The notes beneath the pieces are model-generated. The model was given only the letters and a program-made list of their open reading frames with translations, searched no databases and was not told the origin of the DNA. Below are positions 40,140 to 51,291 of a stretch of DNA of 64,000 nucleotides, in pieces. Numbering within the stretch: the first letter of the stretch is position 1; every line of letters begins with the position of its first letter. The position numbers and the translations under genes were made by a program. The stretch is from the NCBI GenBank assembly GCA_963822445.1, contig CAWGHO010000001.1, positions 832,001 through 896,000 on the forward strand, given 5' to 3'. The DNA is from an uncultured Acidobacteriota bacterium. Lineage in GTDB: Bacteria; Acidobacteriota; Thermoanaerobaculia; Gp7-AA8.

Positions 40140-41289
40140 AGCGGAAGCGGCCCTGCGCGAGATCGAAGAACGCCGCGCCCGCGCGAGCGAGGATGCGTTC
40201 CGCGTCGCCGACGAGATGATCGCCGGCGTGAAGACCGGCGGCGATCGATTCGTCGCCGAACAGATCGAGCGCTTCGATCGCATGCGTCTGGAAGAAATCG
40301 CGATCGCCCCGCGCGATGTCGACTGCGAGCTCGCGGACGCGCTCGAAGTGGCGATCGAGCGCGTCGAGGCGTTTCACCGGCCGCAATTGCCGGTCTCGTA
40401 TGAATGGAACGGCATCACCCATCGCGTGCGGCCGCTGCGTCGTGTCGGCATCTACGTTCCCGGCGGCCGGGCGGTCTACATCTCCACGCTGATCATGTGC
40501 GCGGTTCCCGCGAGGATCGCGGGCGTGGAGGAGATCGTGGTGGCTACGACGCCCGCCGCGGCATCGCGCGAGGAGCTGCACTACGCCTGCACGCGCCTCG
40601 GCGTCCGCACGATCTACCAGGCCGGCGGTGCGGCAGGCATCGCAGCGCTCGCGCTGGGAACCGAGTCGCTGCCGCGTGTCGACAAGATCGTCGGTCCCGG
40701 CAATGCGTACGTCACCGCGGCGAAGAAGCGCCTGGTCGGCGAAGTCGGCATCGACATGACCGCCGGCCCGACCGAACTGGTCGTGATCGCAGACGACAGC
40801 GCGAATCCAGCCTTCGTGCAGGCTGACCTCGATGCGCAGCAGGAACACGGGCTCGATTCCGCGGTGATCTGCATCTGCGTCGGGAAGCCACTCGATGTCA
40901 CGGCGACGCTGATTCTCGTCGCGTCATCGATCGAGGAGGCGGTCGCGATCTCCGATCGCATTGCGCCGGAACATCTGTCGATTCACGCGCGGAACGCGAC
41001 GAACATCGCGGCAAACGCGCGGAACGCCGGTGCGATCTACTGCGGTCCTTTCGCCGCTCCCGCAGCGGGCGACTACATCCTCGGCTCGAACCACGTCCTG
41101 CCCACCGCGGGCAGCGCGCGTTTCTTCTCCCCTCTCGGCGTGTATGACTTCGTGAAGCGGACCAACGTCGTGACTGTTTCCGAGGAGTTGTTGCAGGAGG
41201 TCGGGCCTTCCGCGGCTCGGATCGCTCGGTTCGAGGGATTGCCGCAACACGCGAGGTCGATCGAGTCGCGACAGGCGGTGCTCGCATGA
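40108..41289 (+). CDS. hisD: Histidinol dehydrogenase
   Basis: GIYVPGG, DKIVGPGNAYV, DMTAGPTE, APEHL, GDY..GSNHVLPT. Confidence 0.95.
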   Translation: MTPTYRIASPEAEAALREIEERRARASEDAFRVADEMIAGVKTGGDRFVAEQIERFDRMRLEEIAIAPRDVDCELADALEVAIERVEAFHRPQLPVSYEWNGITHRVRPLRRVGIYVPGGRAVYISTLIMCAVPARIAGVEEIVVATTPAAASREELHYACTRLGVRTIYQAGGAAGIAALALGTESLPRVDKIVGPGNAYVTAAKKRLVGEVGIDMTAGPTELVVIADDSANPAFVQADLDAQQEHGLDSAVICICVGKPLDVTATLILVASSIEEAVAISDRIAPEHLSIHARNATNIAANARNAGAIYCGPFAAPAAGDYILGSNHVLPTAGSARFFSPLGVYDFVKRTNVVTVSEELLQEVGPSAARIARFEGLPQHARSIESRQAVLA

Positions 41290-42257
41290 GCGCGCGCGCC
41301 GCGGTCATGGCCATGACCGCGTACACGCTGGAGTTGCGCGAGGCGGAGATCAAGCTCAATCAGAACGAGTCGCCGTTCGACTTTCCGTTCAAGCAAGCGG
41401 CGCTGGCCCGGGTCGGCGACCGCGCGTGGAACCGCTATCCCGATTTCGAGTCGATCGCGTTGCGCAGCGCGCTCGCGAAGGCGTACGGCTACTCGCCGGA
41501 CAACATCCTCGTCGGTAACGGGTCGAACGAGTTGCTCGCTGCCGCGATCGGCACGTTCGTCGGGCCGGGGACACCGGTCGTGCTCGCGCGCCCGACCTTC
41601 GCGCTTTACGAAAAGCTGGTGACGATCGCCGGCGGATTGCCGATTCACGTCGATGTCGACCCGGCGTCCGGACTCCTTCCGGTGGACGAGATGACCGCCT
41701 TCAACGCGCCGGTGGTCATCGTCTGTTCGCCGAACAATCCCACCGGCGGCGTCCTGCCGACGGGCGGTCTCGAACGCCTTCTCGCGACTGGCGCGACGGT
41801 TCTCTTCGATCGCGCGTACGGCGAGTTCGCTCGCGATACGCTACCGCCGCTGCACGACCGGCTCGTGACCTTCTCCACGTTCTCGAAAGCATGGGGATTG
41901 GCGGCGTTGCGCGTGGGCTGGCTGGCCACGACCGCGGCAACAGCACGCGAGATCCGCAAGGTGAAGCTGCCTTACTCGCTGAACATCGTTAGCGAGACCG
42001 TCGCCATGCTCGCGCTCGAACACCGCGACGTGTGTGAAGCGAACGTGAACCGGATCATCGCCGAGCGCGAGCGGATGCTCGCCGCGATGGGATCGATTGC
42101 GTTCCCCAGCCAGGCGAACTTCATCGCCTTCCGTTCACGCTTCGCCTTCGACGACTTCCTAGAACGGGGCATCCTCGTGCGGCGGTATGAGAACTTCCTG
42201 CGCGTCTCGGTCGGCACGCGCGAAGAGAACGACGCGTTTCTGGCGGTGCTCAGATGA
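41286..42257 (+). CDS. hisC: Histidinol-phosphate aminotransferase
   Basis: KLNQNE, NRYPD, GNGSNE, PNNPTG, TFSKAWGLAALRVG. Confidence 0.93.
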   Translation: MSARAAVMAMTAYTLELREAEIKLNQNESPFDFPFKQAALARVGDRAWNRYPDFESIALRSALAKAYGYSPDNILVGNGSNELLAAAIGTFVGPGTPVVLARPTFALYEKLVTIAGGLPIHVDVDPASGLLPVDEMTAFNAPVVIVCSPNNPTGGVLPTGGLERLLATGATVLFDRAYGEFARDTLPPLHDRLVTFSTFSKAWGLAALRVGWLATTAATAREIRKVKLPYSLNIVSETVAMLALEHRDVCEANVNRIIAERERMLAAMGSIAFPSQANFIAFRSRFAFDDFLERGILVRRYENFLRVSVGTREENDAFLAVLR

Positions 42258-42841
42258 GAACCGCCACTCTCAATCGCACGACCAAGGAGACCGCAGTCTC
42301 GGTCGCCGTCGATCTCGACGGCACCGGCCGCTCGTCGATCGACACGCCGGTCGGATTTCTCTCGCACATGCTCGACGTGATTGCCCGTCACGGGCAGGTC
42401 GACCTCGACGTCATCGCCAGCGGCGACACGTTCATCGATTACCACCACACCGTCGAAGACACGGGCCTCGTCCTCGGCGAAGCCTTCGCCGCCGCCCTCG
42501 GCGACAAGCGCGGCATCCGCCGCTTCGGCAGCGCGTACGTCCCGCTCGACGAAGCGCTGGCGCGTGTCGTTGTCGACTTCTCCGGCCGGCCGTTTCTCGT
42601 GTTCGAAGCGCCGATCGATCGGGAGATGCTGCTCATTCACAAGGATTTCCCCTTCGCGCTGGTCGAGGAATTCTTCAAGTCCTTCGCGAACAAATGCCTG
42701 TGCAACATCCACGTCGATCTGATCCGCGGCCGCAACGGGCATCATGCGGCCGAGGCGATTTTCAAGGCGTTAGCTGTGGCGGTGCGTGTGGCGAAGGAAG
42801 TCGTCGGCAGCGAAGTGCCAAGCACGAAGGGGGTCATCTGA
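42254..42841 (+). CDS. hisB: Imidazoleglycerol-phosphate dehydratase (monofunctional)
   Basis: RTTKET, HHTVED, PLDEAL, NGHHAAEA.FKA, PSTKG. Confidence 0.95.
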   Translation: MRTATLNRTTKETAVSVAVDLDGTGRSSIDTPVGFLSHMLDVIARHGQVDLDVIASGDTFIDYHHTVEDTGLVLGEAFAAALGDKRGIRRFGSAYVPLDEALARVVVDFSGRPFLVFEAPIDREMLLIHKDFPFALVEEFFKSFANKCLCNIHVDLIRGRNGHHAAEAIFKALAVAVRVAKEVVGSEVPSTKGVI

Positions 42842-43479
42842 TGGTGACGCTCATCGATTCCCCCGTCGCGAACGTCGCCAACATCGCCCGCGCGCTTCGC
42901 ACGTGCGGGGCGGAGCTGGAGGTCACGCGAGACCCGCGGGCGATCGCGTCGGCAACGAAGCTCGTGTTGCCGGGCGTTGGCGCGTTTGCGACGGCGATGG
43001 CGTGGATTACCTCGGCGGGCATCGACAGCGCTGTCCGCGAGGCTGTTGCAAACGGGGGATGGCTGCTGGGGATCTGCGTCGGGCATCAATTGCTGTTCGA
43101 TGTGTCCCACGAAAACGGCGTGACCCGCGGCCTCGGCCTGGTTCGTGGCGAGGTGAGGAGGTTTGAGGGGCCGTCGACGGTTCCGCAGATTGGTTGGAAC
43201 GCCGTCCGGTGTAGTGTGGGCTTCCAGCCTACCCCCGGAGGTAGGCCAGAGGCCCACACCACACCGGCGCTCTTCGACGGAATCGCCGACGACGCCGCCT
43301 TCTACTTCGTCAACTCCTACGCCGTACGCAACGCGGAAAGCGAGATCGCCACCGCCGACTACGACGGCGCGTTCACCGCCGCGTTGCAGCAGGACCGAAT
43401 CTTTGGCGTCCAGTTTCATCCCGAAAAATCATCGACGGCCGGCCTGCAGGTCCTGCGGAACTTCCTCTCATGCAACTGA
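42841..43479 (+). CDS. hisH: Imidazole glycerol phosphate synthase glutaminase subunit (with 18-aa palindromic insert)
   Basis: LPGVGAF, GICVG, PQIGWN, FYFVNSY, QFHPEKS. Confidence 0.93.
   Translation: MVTLIDSPVANVANIARALRTCGAELEVTRDPRAIASATKLVLPGVGAFATAMAWITSAGIDSAVREAVANGGWLLGICVGHQLLFDVSHENGVTRGLGLVRGEVRRFEGPSTVPQIGWNAVRCSVGFQPTPGGRPEAHTTPALFDGIADDAAFYFVNSYAVRNAESEIATADYDGAFTAALQQDRIFGVQFHPEKSSTAGLQVLRNFLSCN
43210..43263. repeat. 54-bp GTAG-type REP-like palindromic element inserted in frame in hisH
   Basis: TGTAGTGTGGGCTTCCAGCCTAC-N8-GTAGGCCAGAGGCCCACACCACA, flanked by CCGG on both sides. Confidence 0.75.
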
Positions 43480-44903
43480 TCCCGTCCCTCGATCTGCTCA
43501 ACGGCCAGGTGGTTCGCCTGACTCGCGGAGACTTTGCCACCGCCCGCGTTTACGGCGAGGCGGAAGCCGTGCTGGACGGGCTCGATGTGCCCCGCGGCAC
43601 GCGACTGCACGTCGTCGATCTCGAGGGCGCGCGCAGCGGACGGCCGATCGAGACGAACATCGTCTCGCGTCTCGCGCAACGCGATCTCATCGTCCAGGTC
43701 GGCGGCGGAATCCGCTCGCTCGACGACGCCCGCCGCTGGTTCGACTGCGGCGCGGAGCGGATCGTCGTCGGAACCGTTGCCGCGAATGCGCCATCGCTGC
43801 TGGCCGAGCTGGTGGAGACATTCGGTGCATCGTGGATCGTGCCCGCCGTCGATCTCCGCGACGGCGTCGTTCGCGTCGCCGGCTGGGAGCGCGACGCCGA
43901 GGCATCGCTGCGCGAGATTTTCGCCAGGATCGAGGAGCTCGGGATCGCCGAAGCACTGGTGACGGATATCGCTCGCGACGGCGCGATGCGCGGCCCGTCG
44001 TTCGCGCTCTACCGACAACTGAAGGCGATCACGAACGTGAGGATCATCGCGTCAGGCGGTGTCTCCACGTCCGGCGACGTCATCTCCCTGGCGCGCATGC
44101 CGAACGTCAGCGGTTGCGTGATCGGCAAGGCGCTTCTCGAGGGAGGGCTGCGCCTTTCCAGCATCCCGAAAGCAAACGCGATCCCCGAACGGGTCATCCC
44201 CTGCCTCGACATTCGCGAAGGCCGCGTCGTGAAAGGCGTCTCCTTCGAAACCATCCGTGACGCGGGCGATCCCGTCGAATGCGCGCGACGATACGAGGAG
44301 GAAGGTGCGGACGAACTGGTCATTCTCGACATCGACGCTTCCGGCGATTGCGAGACGATCCGCCGCGTCGCCGAGGCGCTTTTCATTCCACTGACTGTCG
44401 GCGGGGGTGTGCGCAGCGTCGAGGACTTCCGCGCGCTGCTGCGCGCCGGTGCGGATCGCGTCGCCATCAACACCGCGGCCTTGCGCCGTCCCGAGCTCAT
44501 TCGCGAATGCGCGAGCGAGTTCGGCGTGCAGGCGGTCGTCCTCTCCTGCGATGCGAAAGGCGGCTTCGCGTCAATCCGCGGCGGTCGCGAAGTCACGGAC
44601 GTCGATGCCGTCGAATGGTGCCGCCGCGCAGAAAAACTCGGCGCCGGCGAGATCCTCCTCACCTCCGTCGATCGCGACGGCACCGGCAACGGGTTCGACA
44701 TCGAGCTGCTGCGCGCCGTCACCGGCGTTGTGAAAATCGGCGTCATCGCCTCCGGTGGCGCCGGGCGCGTCGAGCATTTCCGCGACGCCATCGAATCCGG
44801 CGGCGCGCGCGCCGTCCTCGCGGCGTCGCTCTTTCACGATCGCGTGCTCACCGTCGGCGACGTCAAACGGCACCTCGCCGCAGAAGGGATTCCCGTCCGA
44901 TGA
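43470..44903 (+). CDS. hisAF: Fused HisA (ProFAR isomerase) - HisF (IGP synthase cyclase)
   Basis: N-half [39 protein letters not shown]; C-half RVIPCLD..GRVVKG, PLTVGGG, GEILLTS.DRDG, LAASLFH; one ORF. Confidence 0.88.
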   Translation: MQLIPSLDLLNGQVVRLTRGDFATARVYGEAEAVLDGLDVPRGTRLHVVDLEGARSGRPIETNIVSRLAQRDLIVQVGGGIRSLDDARRWFDCGAERIVVGTVAANAPSLLAELVETFGASWIVPAVDLRDGVVRVAGWERDAEASLREIFARIEELGIAEALVTDIARDGAMRGPSFALYRQLKAITNVRIIASGGVSTSGDVISLARMPNVSGCVIGKALLEGGLRLSSIPKANAIPERVIPCLDIREGRVVKGVSFETIRDAGDPVECARRYEEEGADELVILDIDASGDCETIRRVAEALFIPLTVGGGVRSVEDFRALLRAGADRVAINTAALRRPELIRECASEFGVQAVVLSCDAKGGFASIRGGREVTDVDAVEWCRRAEKLGAGEILLTSVDRDGTGNGFDIELLRAVTGVVKIGVIASGGAGRVEHFRDAIESGGARAVLAASLFHDRVLTVGDVKRHLAAEGIPVR

Positions 44904-45460
44904 AACTCATCCCGGCCATCGTCCGCGACGCGCGGAGCGGCGCGATTCTCACGCTCGCGTACATGAATGACGAGTCGCTCGCGCGCACGCGCGAGACCGG
45001 CGAAACCTGGTTCTGGAGCCGTAGCCGCAACGAGCTGTGGCACAAAGGCGCGACCTCGGGAAACACGCAGCGCGTGATGCACGTCGCCGAGGATTGCGAT
45101 GCCGACGCGCTGGTCATCACGGTCGAACCCAATGGCCCCGCGTGTCACAACGGCACGGCTTCCTGCTTTCCGGACGTTCCTCCGCCGGTGCTGGAGCAGC
45201 TCATGGCCACGTTGCGCGATCGCCACACCAACCGTCCCGCCGGCTCGTATTCGGTGAGCCTCTTCAACGCGGGGCGGGACAGGATCCTCAAGAAGATCGG
45301 CGAGGAGGCCACCGAGGTGGTGATCGCGGCGAAGGGGGAAGGGCGGGAGCGGATGGTCAGTGAGATCGCCGATCTCGTTTTTCACCTCAGTGTGCTGATG
45401 GTCGACGAGGGAATCGAGTGGAGCGCGATCGAAGGGGAGCTGGCGGAACGGGCGCGTTAG
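44900..45460 (+). CDS. hisIE: Bifunctional phosphoribosyl-AMP cyclohydrolase / phosphoribosyl-ATP diphosphatase
   Basis: [43 protein letters not shown]. Confidence 0.95.
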   Translation: MKLIPAIVRDARSGAILTLAYMNDESLARTRETGETWFWSRSRNELWHKGATSGNTQRVMHVAEDCDADALVITVEPNGPACHNGTASCFPDVPPPVLEQLMATLRDRHTNRPAGSYSVSLFNAGRDRILKKIGEEATEVVIAAKGEGRERMVSEIADLVFHLSVLMVDEGIEWSAIEGELAERAR

Positions 45461-45471
45461 AATCGCGGCCT

Positions 45472-46857
45472 ATGTTGTCAATGTTGCGACGCCTCGCCCT
45501 CCTCCTGCTGATCGCGCTTCCGCTCGCCGCCGCCGAGCGCATCGACATCCTCATCACCGGGGGCACGGTGCTGACCATGGCCGGGCCGAACATCGAGAAC
45601 GGCTCGGTGGCCATCCGCAACGGCGAGATCGTGGCGGTCGGCCCGTCGCGCGAGATCGATTCGAAGTACACCGCGAAAACCGTCATTCGCGCGGGCGGCA
45701 TGGCCGTCACGCCGGGGTTCGTCAACGCCCACACGCATGTACCGATGGTCCTCTTCCGCGGCATCGCCGACGACCTCGATCTGATGGAGTGGCTGCAGAA
45801 CTACATCTTCCCGGCCGAGGCGAAGAATGTGGATCGGGAGTTCGTGAAGTGGGGGACGCGGCTGGCGGCCGCGGAAATGATCCGCTCCGGCACGACCACC
45901 TTCGCGGACATGTACTACTTCGAGTCCGACATCGCCCGCGAGACCAAAGCCGCCGGCCTGCGCGGCGTCCTCGGCGAAACGGTCCTCGATTTTCCCGCGC
46001 CCGACAACAAGACCTGGGACGCGGCCATGGCTTACATGCGCGAGTACGCGAAGAAGTGGAAGGGCGATTCGCTGATCACGCCCGCGTTCGCGCCGCACGC
46101 GCCGTACACCGTTTCGAAAGAGCATCTGAAGCAAGTCCGGGCGATGGCGACCGAGCTCGGAATCCCGATCCTCATTCACGTTTCCGAAACACGCAACGAA
46201 CTGCAACAGGTCGCGGAAAAACAGGAAGGATCCACGCCCGGCGCCTATCTCGACTCGCTCGGCTTCCTCGGCGATGACGTCGTCGCCGCGCACGGCGTGT
46301 GGCTGACGCCGGACGAGATCAAGACCTTCGCCGCGCGCAAAACCGGTGTTGCGCACTGCCCGGAATCGAATCAGATGCTGGCCTCCGGCGTCGCACCGAT
46401 CGTGGACATGATCCGCGCCGGCATGGAAGTCGGCCTCGGCACCGACGGTCCGGCCGGCTCGAACAACAATCTGGACATGCTCGAAGAAATGGCCAGCGCG
46501 GCCCGTCTGCAGAAAGTCACCCGCAACGATCCCAAGGCCATCAGCGCGCGCGAAGTGCTCCGCCTCGGCACGATCGGCGGCGCGCAGGTCCTCGGACTGG
46601 CGGACAAGATCGGGACGCTGGAACGCGGCAAGCGCGCGGACGTGGTGATCATCGACCTGCAGCAGGCGAAAGTGCAGCCGGTCTACGCCGTCGAATCGGC
46701 GATCGTGTATGCGGCTTCGGGCAATTCCGTCGTCACGACCATCGTCGACGGCAAGATCCTCATGCGCCGCGGCAAGCTGACCACCATCGATGAAGCGGAA
46801 GTGATGTCGAAAGCGAAGGAGTATCGAGAGAAGATTCTCGCCAGCCTCAAAAAGTGA
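45472..46857 (+). CDS. Amidohydrolase (MTA/SAH deaminase-like) with predicted signal peptide
   Basis: PGFVNAHTH, APHAPY, HVSET, AAHGV, HCPESN, LGTDG; N-terminus MLRRLALLLLIALPLAAA. Confidence 0.88.
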   Translation: MLSMLRRLALLLLIALPLAAAERIDILITGGTVLTMAGPNIENGSVAIRNGEIVAVGPSREIDSKYTAKTVIRAGGMAVTPGFVNAHTHVPMVLFRGIADDLDLMEWLQNYIFPAEAKNVDREFVKWGTRLAAAEMIRSGTTTFADMYYFESDIARETKAAGLRGVLGETVLDFPAPDNKTWDAAMAYMREYAKKWKGDSLITPAFAPHAPYTVSKEHLKQVRAMATELGIPILIHVSETRNELQQVAEKQEGSTPGAYLDSLGFLGDDVVAAHGVWLTPDEIKTFAARKTGVAHCPESNQMLASGVAPIVDMIRAGMEVGLGTDGPAGSNNNLDMLEEMASAARLQKVTRNDPKAISAREVLRLGTIGGAQVLGLADKIGTLERGKRADVVIIDLQQAKVQPVYAVESAIVYAASGNSVVTTIVDGKILMRRGKLTTIDEAEVMSKAKEYREKILASLKK

Positions 46858-48518
46858 AGCGACCGACTCTCCTTCTTCTCCTCGCACTTCTCTCCTGTGC
46901 GCCGGCGACGCCGCGGCCTGCGGTCGCGCCGGTTCCGTCGCGTGCGTTCCAGCCGCAACTCGTCGCGACGGGAACGGCGAGCCGCGTCGTGCTGCTGTCC
47001 TTCGACGGCCTCGGCGCGGACGCGCTGGCGCGGAGAACGGGACTGGCGTCATTCGACCGGCTCGCGCGGGACGGCGCATCCGCGCGCGTGATTCCCGTGA
47101 ATCCCACGCTCACCGGTCCCGCGCACGTGGCGCTTCTCACCGGCGCCGATCCGCAGAAAAGCGGCATCGTCTCGAATCGCTTTCACCTGCCGGGCACGCC
47201 CGCGGAGCAGGAAACGCGCGGGATGATGATCGATCCTGACGTGCAGACGCTGGTCGAAGCGGCGCGGCGGCAGGGAAAGCGCGTCGGCGCCATTTCCTTT
47301 CCGACGATTGACGGACGAACGCCGCGGCGAACCGCCGACTTTGGTCTGGCCTGGAGTGAACCGCTCGTCCGCGGACGGACGATCAGCCTCAAACGGGAGG
47401 ACTTCAAGCGCGAATGGGTTCCGCCGGGCTGGACTCCCCCGCCGAGCCGGCGGCAGTCATTCAGCCCGGTCATGCGCGCGCGGCTGGAGTGGGCCGTGCC
47501 CGCGCAGGCGCGCATCGACGTCGACGTGGTCGCGTACGACCGGTCGGATGATCGCATCGAGAATTACGACGTCATCTATCTCGAGAGCGGCGGATTCGAG
47601 ACCTCGCCCGATTCGCACGGCTGGTTTTCGATCTCCATGCGCACGAGTGAGGGACTGCACGGCTCGTGGTCGAAGCTGGTGCGCGCCGACGCCGCGCTGA
47701 GCCAGGTCGAGATTTACTGGGGACCGATCTCGCGCAACAACGCCTACCCGGCCGCGTTTCGCGATCTGGTCGATGAAGATGCCGGATTCTGGCCAGGGAC
47801 ACCCGACGAGCGTCTCGACCCGGCCACATTCAGCGAGCAGGTCACGCGGCTGGCGGAGTTCCTGACGCGCGTCCAGACCGTTGCCATCCGGCGGATGCCC
47901 TTTGATCTGCTGCTCGGATATCAACCGGCGATCGACGAGGCCTCGCACGCGCATCTCGGCAGGAACGAGGAAGTCCTCGGCAATGCGTTCAAGGCCGCCG
48001 ATCGCGCGGTCGATGCGATCTCGCGGCTCCTGGATCCGGCGCGCGACGCGTTCATCGTCACCGGCGATCATGGACTCATCGCCGCCGACCGCGAGGTTCG
48101 CGTGAACCGCCTGCTGGCCGACGCCGGATTCGCACCGCAGTGGCGCGCGTTCACGGCGGGGAACGTCGCGCAGATTTACGGAGACGGTGATCGGGCGCCT
48201 GTGGTCAACATGTTGACGGCGAGCGGTCACTTCGAGAAGGTGGAGCGGAAGTCCGCGACCGCGCATCGCAACGCCGGCGACATCGTGGCCATCGCCTTTC
48301 CCAACATCGCCCTCACCACGTCGAACGAGCCGCCCGCCGTCGCGCCGCGCTCGGCCGGTCAGCATGGAGCGTCGAACGCGCATCGAGAGCTGCACACGGT
48401 GCTCTTCGTGATCGGGCAGGGCGCGCCGAAGGGGGCGCTCGGCGAGATCGCGCAAACGCGGATTGCCAGGTTCGTGTCGTCGCTGTTGGGGATTGCGCCG
48501 CCGTCGGCAGCGGACTAG
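46854..48518 (+). CDS. Alkaline-phosphatase-superfamily (nucleotide pyrophosphatase/phosphodiesterase-like) lipoprotein
   Basis: Lipobox LLSC; LSFDG, PTLTGPAH..LLTG, DEASH, TGDHG, GQHG. Confidence 0.82.
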   Translation: MKRPTLLLLLALLSCAPATPRPAVAPVPSRAFQPQLVATGTASRVVLLSFDGLGADALARRTGLASFDRLARDGASARVIPVNPTLTGPAHVALLTGADPQKSGIVSNRFHLPGTPAEQETRGMMIDPDVQTLVEAARRQGKRVGAISFPTIDGRTPRRTADFGLAWSEPLVRGRTISLKREDFKREWVPPGWTPPPSRRQSFSPVMRARLEWAVPAQARIDVDVVAYDRSDDRIENYDVIYLESGGFETSPDSHGWFSISMRTSEGLHGSWSKLVRADAALSQVEIYWGPISRNNAYPAAFRDLVDEDAGFWPGTPDERLDPATFSEQVTRLAEFLTRVQTVAIRRMPFDLLLGYQPAIDEASHAHLGRNEEVLGNAFKAADRAVDAISRLLDPARDAFIVTGDHGLIAADREVRVNRLLADAGFAPQWRAFTAGNVAQIYGDGDRAPVVNMLTASGHFEKVERKSATAHRNAGDIVAIAFPNIALTTSNEPPAVAPRSAGQHGASNAHRELHTVLFVIGQGAPKGALGEIAQTRIARFVSSLLGIAPPSAAD

Positions 48519-48738
48519 TAGTCGTCCGTGACCTGCGGAAACTGCCAGCGCGCCTCGCGGATCTCTTCCTGGATGATCTCCTGCTCCGGCGCGTCGGCGA
48601 GCTGGGGGACGTCCCAGTTGGCCATCCACATCGGGTTCATGTACGGCAGCACGCCGATGTGCTCGAGACGATACGGCAACCCCCGCGCGGCGAAACGCTC
48701 GTTCAGAAAGGCGACGACGTCCTTCGAGGAGGGATGGC

Positions 48739-48742
<4 letters not shown>
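48515..48742 (-). CDS. Small hypothetical protein
   Basis: 75-aa ORF coupled (ATGA) to the upstream regulator; plausible composition. Confidence 0.6.
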
Positions 48743-50105
<1,363 letters not shown>

Positions 50106-50109
<4 letters not shown>

Positions 50110-50978
50110 GACGTCTCGCCCAGCCCCGCTTCACGAAACGCGTACCACGCGGCCTTCCGCACCTCCGCGTCGATCCGATCCCGCTGCGAGTAATCCTCGG
50201 TGAAGTACTTGACCTCGTACGTCACCATCGAGTCGTCGCTGTCAGCCACGCGTGCGAGGCAGGGAACGTCGCGGGAAATGCCTTCGACACTCGACGCGGC
50301 GCGCGTCAGCAGTGCGATGACGTCGGACGGTGGGACCTTCGCGTCTACGGACAACGCCAGCACGCGCGCGTTCAGGTTGTTGCGGGGATAGACCTCGACT
50401 CGGTCGCGCGCCAGTACCGAGTTCGGAACGATGACGATGTTGTTGTTGAACGTGCGGATCCGCGTCCCGCGCCAGCGCACCGCTTCGACGGTGCCGATGT
50501 ATTCGCCGGTCTTGATCACGTCGCCGATCTCGAAGCTGTCCTCGAGGTGCAGGGAAATGCCGGCGAACAGATTGCCGAGCGTCTCCTGCAGCGCGAAGCC
50601 GAGGATCGCCGCGAGCACGGTGCCGGTCGTCAGGAACGTGACCACGCTCTTGTCAAAAACCGCCGAGAACACGGCCGCGAAGAGCAGCAGGCTGACCACG
50701 ATCGAGAGGAGCTCGCGAAGGATTGCTGGCGCGCGCACGCTCGAACGCTTCGTGGCGAAGACGTCGAAGCCGATCATGTCGATCAGGCGGACGATGAAGA
50801 AGATGGCCGGAATCCAGGCGAGGAACTCCAGCGCGGACAGCACCTTCGGCGGCTCGAAGTCGGTCTTTGCGATCCACTTCTGATTGTTCAGTGCGAAGCG
50901 GTAGAGGAGGATGAGCGCCGTCGCCACGACGAGCGGCATTGCGAGCCGTGAGACCCGCGCGCGCATGTGCGGGCTCAT
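50106..50978 (-). CDS. Small-conductance mechanosensitive channel (MscS family)
   Basis: LGFALQETLGNLFAG, F.IGD.I, VPNS. Confidence 0.88.
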
Positions 50979-51214
50979 GGCTGCGCGCCCTTGCGAGCGC
51001 GCATGAGGCGCAGCAGCTCGCGCGTGCCGATGATCAGGTGCACGACGCCGAGTCCGGAGATGAATCCGCGGACGAACGGGTTGTCGGCGAGCATGCCCAG
51101 CTGCAGGTGCTGGTGCAGGAGCGGATTGAGTGTCCAGATCCGCGTCCAGGGCACGATGGTGAAGAAGACTCCCGCCTCGAGGCAGTAGATGGCGAAAAAG
51201 AGCGGGATCGACAC
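50975..51214 (-). CDS. Small membrane protein
   Basis: Two hydrophobic segments (E.G.FF..VPW..W..N; VRGFISGLG); GTG start estimated. Confidence 0.65.
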   Translation of the reverse strand: MSIPLFFAIYCLEAGVFFTIVPWTRIWTLNPLLHQHLQLGMLADNPFVRGFISGLGVVHLIIGTRELLRLMRARKGAQP

Positions 51215-51238
51215 GCGGACGGGATTGTAATCAACGGA

Positions 51239-51264
51239 AAGGGCCTCCGCGATGGGAGGCCCTT
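51239..51264 (-). terminator. Hairpin downstream of the FecR/DUF6600 gene
   Basis: AAGGGCCTCC-N6-GGAGGCCCTT. Confidence 0.6.
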
Positions 51265-51291
51265 CGATTGAATGCATTGCCGGTGAATCAG

